NCBI GenBank assembly: GCA_049322675.1
Contig: JBMORM010000020.1
Span: 1-51,295, forward strand
Reading direction: 5' to 3'
Length of the DNA stretch: 51,295 bases
From: Patescibacteria group bacterium
GTDB taxonomy: Bacteria > Patescibacteriota > JAHJAL01
Part shown: in pieces, positions 26,793-34,957 of the stretch
Position numbering within the stretch: position 1 is the stretch's first letter
Layout of the letters: each line of letters opens with the position of its first letter
Notes under the pieces: generated by a model
The model's input: only the letters and a program-made list of their open reading frames with translations
The model's database searches: none
Told to the model about the DNA's origin: nothing
Translations under genes and position numbers: made by a program

Positions 26793-27342
26793 AAAGAGTA
26801 GCAAAAAAGTTCAGTATCAAATTGTTTCCGCAAATGATTGGTTAAACAAGATAGGCTGTAAAATTGTCGATGGAAAAATTAGACTTCCGATGAAACATTT
26901 GATTTTTCCCCTTATGAAAGCAAGTGAGGAAATGGAAAAGTATAAAAATTTCAAGCGTTTAAATGAACAAATGAAGTGTATTGATGTGATAGCTTTGAAT
27001 GTGAGACAAGCGGATAATGCATATTTTTTTGCGTGGTCGCAAAGCATATTGGTTAGCAATAAAAAGGAAACGATACCAGAAATATTTCCATGTTATAACT
27101 GTTTTCAAAAGACGATATCGTCAGACAATTTGAGAAAACATTTTTCTTCCAAATTACAGAAACTTAGAGATAAAGTTAGTAGTGAAATAATACATGCTGC
27201 AGAAGCTGGGGTTATTGTTTCGTCAAAACATTTTGGTCTAGTTGAGGAATATTATAATGAATTTATAAGTTTAAATATGTTTTATTTTTCAGGAATAAAA
27301 GATCTTAATGTTTGTTTTTGTAAGGAACATGAAAGGAATTGA
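26785..27342 (+). CDS. hypothetical protein (185 aa), Cys/His-containing
   Basis: ATG at 26785 (MNKKSSKKVQYQ...), translationally coupled to the upstream small ORF. CYNC...CFCKEH is a possible metal site. No recognised family. Confidence 0.55.
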   Translation: MNKKSSKKVQYQIVSANDWLNKIGCKIVDGKIRLPMKHLIFPLMKASEEMEKYKNFKRLNEQMKCIDVIALNVRQADNAYFFAWSQSILVSNKKETIPEIFPCYNCFQKTISSDNLRKHFSSKLQKLRDKVSSEIIHAAEAGVIVSSKHFGLVEEYYNEFISLNMFYFSGIKDLNVCFCKEHERN

Positions 27343-27357
27343 TGTTGTTGTTACTAA

Positions 27358-27389
27358 TAAAACACCAGTAAAAATTTACTGGTGTTTTT
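27358..27389 (+). terminator. intrinsic terminator
   Basis: AACACCAGTAA / TTACTGGTGTT stem followed by a T-run. Confidence 0.6.
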
Positions 27390-27496
27390 AAGATTTTGGA
27401 GGATGTCAAAATTATAGCAAGCTGTAATCTAGCTGGATGTTTTGGTTGATATCGTTTATTATCTCGTTTAACTGATTTTCGCGATATATTGAGATA

Positions 27497-27572
27497 GGTT
27501 GGGTTTCGCCGGAGGTATTTTGTGTTAAGGAAAAATTAATATTGGATCGGTATAATGATGGTGGGTGGGTTA
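27497..27572 (+). repeat. degenerate third copy of the 104-bp island repeat
   Basis: GGTTGGGTTTCGCCGGAGGTATTTTGTGTTAAGGAAAAATTAATATTGGATCGGTATAATGATGGTGGGTGGGTT aligns by eye (roughly 70%) with GGTTTGGTTGCCGGAGGTTTTTCTTAAGAAAAAATTAATATTTGGGGTGTATGATGGGGGCGTT. The left half of the hairpin is missing. Confidence 0.45.
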
Positions 27573-27666
27573 TTATTTCGATAATACAGAATTGAAAAGA
27601 GAATCAAATATTAGGAAATTCAAAATAGTTCAAAATATCGCAATAGAAAATAATAAGTATAAATTT

Positions 27667-28221
27667 ATGAAGAAAGAAATTATAAAGTCGTTAACAAATA
27701 ATTTTGAAAGTTATTCCCACAAGACTGATGGGGGAATATAATTTTGGTTTGCTAGAGATTTGCAGCATTTATTGGGATATTCAAAATGGGATAATTTTTT
27801 GAATGTAATTTTGAAAGCTAAAACAGCTTGTGATATAAGTGGCCATGATATATGCGATCATTTTGCCGACGTCGGGAAAAAGGTCAAATTGGGCTCTGAG
27901 AGCGAAAGGGAGATTGAAGACATTATGTTGACTCGCTATGCGTGTTATTTAATAGCGCAAAATGGCGATCCAAAGAAACAAGAAATTGCTTTTGCTCAAA
28001 ATTATTTTGCCGTGCAAACTAGAAAATATGAGTTAATTGAAAAAAGAATTCTGGATTCAGAAAGATTATCAGCTAGACAAAAATTGGCAATTACCGAATC
28101 TGAATTATCAGGGCTGATATTCGAGAAAACTAAAAATGACAAAAATTTTGGATTAATTCGAAGCAAGGGCGATAAGGCGACGATTGAAAACGGAAGACAA
28201 AAAAACATTAAAAAATGTTAG
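27667..28221 (+). pseudogene. dinD: DNA-damage-inducible protein D (DinD) homolog, interrupted by an in-frame TAA and 3'-truncated
   Basis: ATG at 27667 opens MKKEIIKSLTNNFESYSHKTDGGI. TAA at 27739..27741 follows, and the same frame continues FWFARDLQHLLGYSKWDNFLNVILKAKTACDISGHDICDHF...LTRYACYLIAQNGDPKK, colinear with E. coli DinD. The conserved C-terminal half is absent after ...LIRSKGDKA. Confidence 0.75.
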
Positions 28222-28263
28222 AAAGTTAAAGAAGAAATGAAATTATAAAATTTAATAAAAATT

Positions 28264-28587
28264 ATGAACGAAGCAAATATAACTAAAAATAGTGATGATA
28301 GTTTGGAAATTGTTTCGGCGACTGTTAATAATGAGGGAGAGGAATATTGGTTGGCGGGGGAGGTGAAAAATATTTCTGGTGCGAGATTGGATTATGTGGG
28401 GGTGGTGGTGGCAGTGAAAGATTGTGATGGTCAGGTAATTAATTGTGATCAAATATATTTGTTGGGTAATTCATATTTGCAGTCGGGAGAGACCGGTTAT
28501 TTTAAATATCATTTTTCGGCGGCGATGTTTGGCCGAATGTCAGGACTGAAAGTGGTGGTTAGTCCTTTTTATCAAAAGCTAGAATAA
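28264..28587 (+). CDS. hypothetical small protein (107 aa)
   Basis: ATG ORF with a beta-rich look and no recognised motifs. Composition returns toward backbone-like values. Confidence 0.5.
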   Translation: MNEANITKNSDDSLEIVSATVNNEGEEYWLAGEVKNISGARLDYVGVVVAVKDCDGQVINCDQIYLLGNSYLQSGETGYFKYHFSAAMFGRMSGLKVVVSPFYQKLE

Positions 28588-28674
28588 AAGATCGAGTGGA
28601 TTTGATTGACAATTAATTTTGGAAAAGTAATGTAAAAATCAAAATAGGGAGTGAATGAGCGATATTATTCAAAC

Positions 28675-28711
28675 AAAAATACTCCGGCAAATTTTTTGCC
28701 GGAGTATTTTT
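28675..28711. terminator. bidirectional intrinsic terminator between convergent genes
   Basis: AAAAATACTCCGGCAAA-ttttt-TGCCGGAGTATTTTT. Confidence 0.65.
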
Positions 28712-28734
28712 AAATATTGAAAGAAGGTTGGAGA

Positions 28735-29790
28735 TTATAACAATCCGTAATTTAACTGACTATTGGTGATTAGATTTATTTTTTGATTGTCGGATGTGTT
28801 CAAAACTAAGCTGGTTCCCTCCACTGGGCAGCCGGCGGCGTAAACGATGTCTTGGTGGATGTCGCTGATGATTTGGCCGCCGAGGTGGGAGCTGGTGCCG
28901 TAGGCGATGTGGAGGCCGACTTTTTCGTCTTCCAAAATATTGCCGGTGACGACGGCTTCGGGGTTGCAGCCCAGGCCAAGTTCGGCAATATTTAAGCGGG
29001 TGGGATTTTGCCAGAGGTATTCTTTGAGTTTGGTGGCTAGGGGGTTGTCTCCTTGGATTTCGGTTATTTTATTTTCTTTGATGACAAATTTTATCAGTTG
29101 ATCATTTTCTTTGTATGGCAAAATGCCGTTGGTTTGACTGGGGCCAAATTGGGCCAGCTCACTTTCTACAGCCTCATATGGAACCTTGAAAGCTTCGCCG
29201 CTGGGGAAGTTGATAAATTGGCCGGGGGTGGTGCATTCGCCTTTGTCGGCTTGGGCGGTGCGGTTTCTTAAATCCAGGTGGAGAGTGTCGCCGGTGGAAA
29301 AAGTGATATCGCAGCTGTCGGATTGATTTAATAATTTTTGGAGAGCCAAAGCGTAGCGTTTGACGAGTTGGTAATCGGCTTTGAGGGAAGTTTCTTCCAT
29401 GCGTTTTTCGATGCCGGGCATACTGGCGACACGAAATTGTAAATTGGGTTGTTGGCACAGTGGTTTTAAAGAAGAAGAAGCGGAAAATTCGGTGAGGGCG
29501 CAGACGAGGTTGTATTCGGAAATTTTGTCCAATAGCTCTGGTGGGAGTGGAGAGTTGTTGATACCGGTGGCGGGAAATTCCAGGTAATCGATGACTTGGT
29601 CGGGGAATTCATTTTTTTGACCGATGATTTGGAATAATTCTTGCCACTCGTGGGCCATGTTGATTCTTTCCTGCCAGCCGGGGTTGACGGTGATTTGATC
29701 GTGCGGGGTGTCAACGATGATGAGAATTTTTTCCCCGGCTTGCGGGGCGAAGACGTCGGTGATTAGTTTTATTTTTTCGGTTTGGTTCAT
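28735..29790 (-). CDS. M29 (AmpS/aminopeptidase T)-like aminopeptidase
   Basis: 351 aa. The C-terminal pattern NFPSGEAF...IAELGLGCNPEAVVTGNILEDEKVGLHIAYG resembles the conserved metal-site region of the M29 family. Confidence 0.55.
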   Translation of the reverse strand: MNQTEKIKLITDVFAPQAGEKILIIVDTPHDQITVNPGWQERINMAHEWQELFQIIGQKNEFPDQVIDYLEFPATGINNSPLPPELLDKISEYNLVCALTEFSASSSLKPLCQQPNLQFRVASMPGIEKRMEETSLKADYQLVKRYALALQKLLNQSDSCDITFSTGDTLHLDLRNRTAQADKGECTTPGQFINFPSGEAFKVPYEAVESELAQFGPSQTNGILPYKENDQLIKFVIKENKITEIQGDNPLATKLKEYLWQNPTRLNIAELGLGCNPEAVVTGNILEDEKVGLHIAYGTSSHLGGQIISDIHQDIVYAAGCPVEGTSLVLNTSDNQKINLITNSQLNYGLL

Positions 29791-29820
29791 TTTATTAATA
29801 GTTAAAAGTTATGTGGAAGC

Positions 29821-29982
29821 GTGAGAAAGTGTAAAAGTGAGAAAGTGTAAAAGTGAGAAAGTGTAAAAGTGAGAAAGTGTAAAAGTGAGAAAGTGTAAAA
29901 GTGAGAAAGTGTAAAAGTGAGAAAGTGAAAACGTATAAAGGTTTTGACTTTCGTGCGTTTTCACTTTTACACGTTTGCACGC
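29821..29982. repeat. 16-bp tandem array with an inverted terminal copy
   Basis: GTGAGAAAGTGTAAAA occurs as 6 perfect copies, followed by the variant GTGAGAAAGTGAAAAC (29821..29932). After a 24-nt loop comes the inverted copy GTTTTCACTTTTACACGTTTGCACGC (29957..29982), giving a stem-loop. Confidence 0.9.
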
Positions 29983-29998
29983 TATAAGTTGTTTCAAG

Positions 29999-30088
29999 CT
30001 AAAGTCCCATTTTATATGAATAGATAATATAGCCGATAAAGATCAGGATAATAATTACGAGCGCTGTTAGCCAAAATGATCTGGACAT
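29999..30088 (-). CDS. tiny hydrophobic peptide (29 aa), hypothetical
   Basis: MSRSFWLTALVIIILIFIGYIIYSYKMGL with a single TM. No clear RBS. Confidence 0.25.
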   Translation of the reverse strand: MSRSFWLTALVIIILIFIGYIIYSYKMGL

Positions 30089-30226
30089 AAAAATTGGTTA
30101 TTTGTTTCTTTGTCTCATTGTAACAAATATTTTTCCGGTATGCAGAAAATGGATTTTTTGGTAAAAAAAGAAAATACTATTTGAAGTATTTTCTTTAGAA
30201 AAATTTTGATTGGTCAGAGGTGGATA

Positions 30227-30763
30227 TTATTTGATCTGGTTGAGTTGTTCCAAATATTTTTCAGTGTTCCAGTCATCAGTGCTTTGAACTATTTTTTCAC
30301 CCTTAGAGTTGATGATAATTTTAGTTGGCTCGGCGGCGACTTGGTATTGAGTGGCGAGTTGGGATTCGGCGGCGGAAGAGTCGGGTGAGTTGTATTTGAG
30401 ACTAAAACCGATCAGATTGGGAAGATCGAGTTGATTGAAAGCGGAGATGGCATTTTGCATTTCAATCAGACAGACAGTGTCGTTTTGGTTACAAAAGATG
30501 AGAAAGATATTTTTTTTATCGATTTGTGCTTTTTGATAATCTTCGGGAGTAAAGTTGAGAAGGGGGGCGGTGGTACCGGCGAGAGTGGAGCCGATGTAGG
30601 GGGTGCCGTTTTTGGTGACGTTGAGGGACAATTCAGTGGAGGTGGAGCTGGTTTGGTTTTCGACCGGTTCTTTGACCTCGGGGGCGATAACAGTGTCGCA
30701 ACCGACGAGCATGGTGACCAATAAAATAGAAAAGATTATGGGCAAGGAATATTTTTTTGTCAT
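30227..30763 (-). CDS. lipoprotein, possibly thioredoxin-like fold without CxxC
   Basis: Signal plus lipobox MTKKYSLPIIFSILLVTMLVGC. It is the last gene of the ABC exporter operon. Confidence 0.6.
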   Translation of the reverse strand: MTKKYSLPIIFSILLVTMLVGCDTVIAPEVKEPVENQTSSTSTELSLNVTKNGTPYIGSTLAGTTAPLLNFTPEDYQKAQIDKKNIFLIFCNQNDTVCLIEMQNAISAFNQLDLPNLIGFSLKYNSPDSSAAESQLATQYQVAAEPTKIIINSKGEKIVQSTDDWNTEKYLEQLNQIK

Positions 30764-30848
30764 GGGTTGTAAATTTAATTTTTAAAATTTTTGCTTAGGT
30801 TTATTATCTAATAATTTGAAAAAAAAGAAAATGTTTGTCGGGTAATGA

Positions 30849-31355
30849 TTACAGAATTTTTTTTAATTGCTGGTGAGAGTTTTTGTCCAACTTGGCGAGC
30901 GATTCGATCAGAAAAAAGTTGCCGATTGAGTCTTTGACGATCAGACGGTCGGCGGTGATATAGGTGATGTGGCGGGAAGGGGTGCGCATGGCGAATTTGA
31001 TTGGACCGCGATCGGTTTCGACGGTCCAATAGCGAGTGCCGAAATCAATGTCGATTTTGAGAATTTGGTTGATTATCGGTAGAAAATATTTTTCTTTGAT
31101 GGCCTGACGAATGATTTTTTGGTTACTTAGACTGGTTTGATTGATATTGGCCAGAAAATATATTTCTTCTTTTTTTTGGTTGGTAAAGACGATGTCCTTG
31201 TGAATGGAGATGAGGGGTTTTAGAACGCTGATTTCCACTTTTGTTTTTGGTTTTTGACCAAATTGAATGAAAAAATCATGGTTTGATTCGGACAAAATCA
31301 TGTTTTCGGTGGATTTGGAATCGTTGTTCATGGATTTTATATTATTTTTATTCAT
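30849..31355 (-). CDS. DUF1854-like protein associated with the ABC exporter
   Basis: ATG at 31355 overlaps the ABC stop by 8 nt. The C-terminal RYWTVETDRGPIKFAMRTPSRHITYITADRLIVKDSIGNFFLIESLAKLD resembles the DUF1854 pattern known downstream of ABC transporters. Confidence 0.5.
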   Translation of the reverse strand: MNKNNIKSMNNDSKSTENMILSESNHDFFIQFGQKPKTKVEISVLKPLISIHKDIVFTNQKKEEIYFLANINQTSLSNQKIIRQAIKEKYFLPIINQILKIDIDFGTRYWTVETDRGPIKFAMRTPSRHITYITADRLIVKDSIGNFFLIESLAKLDKNSHQQLKKIL

Positions 31356-33570
31356 GCAATATTTCTCCTTTGATGCGGGTGAGGCGGGATTGGATAGCGA
31401 CCAGTTTGGCGTATTTGCCATTTTTTTTCAGCAAGTAATCGTGAGTGCCGGTTTCGATGATTTTTCCGTCTTCGATAAAAACCAAACGATGGGCGTTGCG
31501 GAGGGTGGAGAGGCGGTGGGCGATAGCGATAGTGGTGCGATTGTTGATGAGAATATCCAGGGCGTCTTGGATTTTTTTCTCGGTTTCGACATCGACGGAG
31601 GAAGTGGCTTCGTCCAAGATGAGGATGGGAGGATTTTGGAGGATGGCGCGGGCGATGGAAAGTCGTTGTTTTTCGCCGCCGGAAAGCTTGAGACCGCGTT
31701 CGCCGATAATAGTATTATAGCCGTTTTCTTTTTGGATGATAAATTCGTGAGCGCGGGCGGCGCGAGCGGCGGCGAGGATGTCGGAAAATTTGGCTTGATA
31801 ATTGCCGTAGCGAATATTGTCGAGAATGCTGCCATTGAATAAAAATGGTTCTTGCAAAACTAGTCCGATATTGCGGCGGAGGAAATCCAGGGGATAGTTT
31901 TTGATATTTTTGTCATCAATCAAAATTTGGCCGCTGTCGGGGTCGTAAAAACGGTTGATCAGATTGATGATAGTGCTTTTGCCGGCGCCGGATTTGCCGA
32001 CCAGTCCGATCATTTCACCCGGTTTAATATCAAAGGAAAGTCCCTTGATAACTTCTTTGCCTTGTTCGTAGCTAAATCTGATGTTTTGAAAAATGATGTG
32101 TCCGGAAATTGGTTTAGTTTTAACGGAGGTAGTTTTGATTTCTTCTTCCGGTAAGTCCAGGATTAAAAATATTCTCTCGGCGGCGGCCAAGGCGTGGGTG
32201 AGCCAATTGAGGATTTGAGTGAACCATTGGAGTGGTCCGTAGAATAGCCAGATGTAGCCGACAAAAGCCAAAAGATCACCGAGGGTCAAATCTTGGGAAA
32301 AAATTATTCTTTTGGTAGCAAAAAGCCAGACGCCGATGATGCCGATTTGCATAATAACGTACATGATTTGTCGGAAGCCAATCCAGTATTGATCGATGCG
32401 ATAATTGCTGGTAAAAAGTTGATTGCTTGAGGTTTGAAATTCTATTTCGTGACGGGGTTGTTGGGTAAAGGCTTTGACTATTCTTATGCCTTCGATTGAT
32501 TCGCCGAGGATTGTCATGACTTGATCGCGGACGCTGCCGCGATAATGAAATAGGGGGATCAGTTTTTCTAAAAACCATTTGGAACCGAAAATCAGAAAGG
32601 GAACGGGAAGGAGAATGAGTAGGGTCAGTTTGAAATCAATATACAAGAGAATGCCGGCAATTAGGATGACGGAAAAAATATTGATGACGAGGTAAGACAA
32701 GCCGTCCATGAGAAAATGTTCGATTTCGTTGGTGTCACTGAGAGTTTTGCTGACCAACTCGCCGGAAGGGAAACGATTGAAAAAAGTTAGTTTGATCCGG
32801 AGGATTTTGGAATATACTTGTTCGCGGAGATCGGCGATAACGCGGGTGGCTAACCAGGTGGTTTGGATGCCGGAAAAATAACTACTGACAAAATAGATGA
32901 TATTGACGGCCAACATTATGATTATCCAAAAATTGAGATCGTTGATTTGACCGTTTTTTATCACATCATCGACAATCCTTTTGGTGATGTAAGGGGGGAC
33001 GGTTTGAGCGGCGACCATGATGCCGGTAATGACTAGGAGATACAAGGTTTGAAAGCGATATGGTTTTAGAAGATTGAAGAGTCGGGCCAGGATGGTGATT
33101 TTTGGTAAACAGATGGGACAGTTGCTGCCTCTTTCCGGAAGGGGATTGCCGCAACGGGCGCAGTGGGAGTTGTGGATACGATCGGGGATAAGAGTAGTCG
33201 TTTGTTTGGTATGAAGGTAGAGGTTGGTTAGACGGACGATGGTACCAAATTGGGGAGCGAGGTTTTTGGTGTAATAGAGAACGATTTCGGATTGATGGGG
33301 GGTGATGGCTATTAATCTGGTGTGGTTAAAAAGTTCGTTAACTTTTAATTTTTTGATTTTTGAGAGTAAAATTTCGGATATGATTTTTTCTGAGTCGATG
33401 ACCAAGAGGCGAATATTGGTAATGACCAAATAGTTGGGATAGAATTTTTTTTGTTGATTGAGGTCGGTAAGTTGGGTATAGATTATTTTTTCACCTGGTT
33501 GCAGGAGTTTGGTACTAAGGAGTTGGAATGGTTTCTGATTGAGGTAAAAATTGTATTTGGCGGTACGCAT
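31348..33570 (-). CDS. ABC exporter (fused TMD-NBD, MsbA-like) with an N-terminal bacterial-PH-like domain and a zinc ribbon
   Basis: Walker A GKSGAGKST, signature LSGGEKQR, Walker B ILILDEATS and H-loop IAHRLST, with six TM helices. An extra ~150-aa N-terminus carries GEKIIYTQ...LVITNIRLLVID and CARCGNPLPERGSNCPIC. Confidence 0.9.
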   Translation of the reverse strand: MRTAKYNFYLNQKPFQLLSTKLLQPGEKIIYTQLTDLNQQKKFYPNYLVITNIRLLVIDSEKIISEILLSKIKKLKVNELFNHTRLIAITPHQSEIVLYYTKNLAPQFGTIVRLTNLYLHTKQTTTLIPDRIHNSHCARCGNPLPERGSNCPICLPKITILARLFNLLKPYRFQTLYLLVITGIMVAAQTVPPYITKRIVDDVIKNGQINDLNFWIIIMLAVNIIYFVSSYFSGIQTTWLATRVIADLREQVYSKILRIKLTFFNRFPSGELVSKTLSDTNEIEHFLMDGLSYLVINIFSVILIAGILLYIDFKLTLLILLPVPFLIFGSKWFLEKLIPLFHYRGSVRDQVMTILGESIEGIRIVKAFTQQPRHEIEFQTSSNQLFTSNYRIDQYWIGFRQIMYVIMQIGIIGVWLFATKRIIFSQDLTLGDLLAFVGYIWLFYGPLQWFTQILNWLTHALAAAERIFLILDLPEEEIKTTSVKTKPISGHIIFQNIRFSYEQGKEVIKGLSFDIKPGEMIGLVGKSGAGKSTIINLINRFYDPDSGQILIDDKNIKNYPLDFLRRNIGLVLQEPFLFNGSILDNIRYGNYQAKFSDILAAARAARAHEFIIQKENGYNTIIGERGLKLSGGEKQRLSIARAILQNPPILILDEATSSVDVETEKKIQDALDILINNRTTIAIAHRLSTLRNAHRLVFIEDGKIIETGTHDYLLKKNGKYAKLVAIQSRLTRIKGEILHE

Positions 33571-33752
33571 AACGCAAAGATGCCTAGAGGGGCGTCACTA
33601 GACATTTTTAGAAAATAAAAATTTTAATTAGTTATATTTTAACCAATGTATGATTAAGCTGAGATTAAATGCAATTTTGTTGGTATAATGAGGATGGAAG
33701 TGATATGGTGTTTTGGTCAAATTTTTATTTGCGCTATTTAGCAGGAGGTTTT

Positions 33753-33935
33753 ATGGAAGATGATAATTGTTGCGGTTGTCAGTGCGGGAACAACAATTGC
33801 GTTTGTCAGGCTTGCAAAATGCCGATGAAAAAAAATGAAGATTTTGGGACTGAAGCGGATGGTGGCCAAAATTGTGATTATTGTATTCATTGCTATCAGA
33901 ATGGAGTTTTGATTACTGAAGATGATAAGGCCTGA
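33753..33935 (+). CDS. Cys-rich zinc-ribbon protein (Zn_ribbon_2-like), 60 aa
   Basis: ATG at 33753 follows AGGAGG. It reads MEDDNCCGCQCGNNNCVCQACKMPMKKNEDFGTEADGGQNCDYCIHCYQNG and matches the C.MP....FGT..DG...DYC..CY.NG pattern. Confidence 0.6.
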   Translation: MEDDNCCGCQCGNNNCVCQACKMPMKKNEDFGTEADGGQNCDYCIHCYQNGVLITEDDKA

Positions 33936-33953
33936 TTGATAGATTGAAGTATT

Positions 33954-33988
33954 AAAAAACATCACCCAAAGCAGGTGATGTTTTTTTG
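33954..33988. terminator. bidirectional intrinsic terminator
   Basis: A6-CATCACC-caaagca-GGTGATG-T7, between convergent genes. Confidence 0.65.
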
Positions 33989-34001
33989 ATGCCAATGTTT
34001 T

Positions 34002-34934
34002 CTAGAGATTCTGGAAGAAATCAGAGGAAAGAAGAGTGCCAAAAATGCCAAAAGCGAGAGCGGCCAAGATGATACCGATAATGATAATAATACCCACGAT
34101 GGCTAAGATAATCATCCAAGTTTTGGAGGATTGAGGAGTGCTGTCATCAGGTCGAAGTTCGGTCAAGTTTTTGTAGATGAGATAAGTATAAATGACAGGT
34201 AATGGAGCTACAAAAATTGAGAGTAATCCTTGCATGATGTTGGCGATCCAGCCGAGGCCGATGATTCCGGCGGTAAGTCCGATGGGAGTTACGATAATAC
34301 CAATGAATGCATTTAGTATGTAAATAATGATTCCGATGATTATCATACGGGCTAGTATGTCCCACCAACGGCTGGAAATGATGCTTTTGCTTTTGGCCAG
34401 GGCATCGAAACCAAATTGATTTTTGTCCAACATGGTCCAATGTGCCAGTTGAAAAAAGACAGAAATGATTATGCCGGGGATGATGAGAAAGGCGAAACCG
34501 GGTAGGCTAACCAAGGCGGATATAATACCGATCCAGATAAAAGCGAAAATATAGCGAAAACCTTTTTTGTAAAGAGCAAAGGTTCCCAATTTTTCTTGAT
34601 CCAAGACGGCGAGCATGAGAGTAGATTGAAACCAGGATCCTAGAAGAATGGCGACAATGATCACGAAGATGATGGTTAAAATGAAGACGATGGTTAGTAT
34701 GGTGTTGAGGAGGCCGGTAGTCGAGTTGAGGGTGGGGGCAAGAGCTAAAGCAATGATGGCCACGATGATGGCCAAAATCAGCGCCGGGACGATGGTGACT
34801 AGTTGAACGGTGATACAGGAAAACAATTTTTCTTTGTACAATTGCCAGGTTTGATTGATCAATAGACTGATGTCGGTCATGTTTTTGTGAGGAATGACTT
34901 TGGCGTGATCGATTGAATTTTCTTTTTGGTTCAT
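34002..34934 (-). CDS. polytopic membrane protein, hypothetical
   Basis: 310 aa with about 6-7 long hydrophobic segments. No catalytic motifs recognised. Confidence 0.6.
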   Translation of the reverse strand: MNQKENSIDHAKVIPHKNMTDISLLINQTWQLYKEKLFSCITVQLVTIVPALILAIIVAIIALALAPTLNSTTGLLNTILTIVFILTIIFVIIVAILLGSWFQSTLMLAVLDQEKLGTFALYKKGFRYIFAFIWIGIISALVSLPGFAFLIIPGIIISVFFQLAHWTMLDKNQFGFDALAKSKSIISSRWWDILARMIIIGIIIYILNAFIGIIVTPIGLTAGIIGLGWIANIMQGLLSIFVAPLPVIYTYLIYKNLTELRPDDSTPQSSKTWMIILAIVGIIIIIGIILAALAFGIFGTLLSSDFFQNL

Positions 34935-34957
34935 GAAGAAAGTTAATAAATAAAATG

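Noticed and set aside
17700-28300. Calling the island a prophage, ICE or transposon.
   Set aside because: No integrase, transposase, recombinase, or capsid/terminase or conjugation gene is recognisable. Only KilA-N, LexA-like and DinD hint at mobile ancestry, so it is reported as an accessory/defense island with repeat boundaries.
29821-29932. Possible CRISPR array.
   Set aside because: The 16-bp units are directly contiguous with no spacers, they are too short for CRISPR repeats, and there are no cas genes in the window.
29795-29997. Two ~60-aa minus-strand ORFs (FSLLHFLTFTLSHFYTF...).
   Set aside because: They are translations of the 16-bp tandem array (periodic peptide, no RBS) and are ORF-caller artefacts.
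31267-32578. Plus-strand and alternate-frame ORFs within the ABC exporter gene (191 aa, 135 aa, 91 aa, 100 aa).
   Set aside because: They are Gly/Asp/Ala-rich mirror translations of the conserved NBD. The minus-strand ABC motifs are unambiguous.
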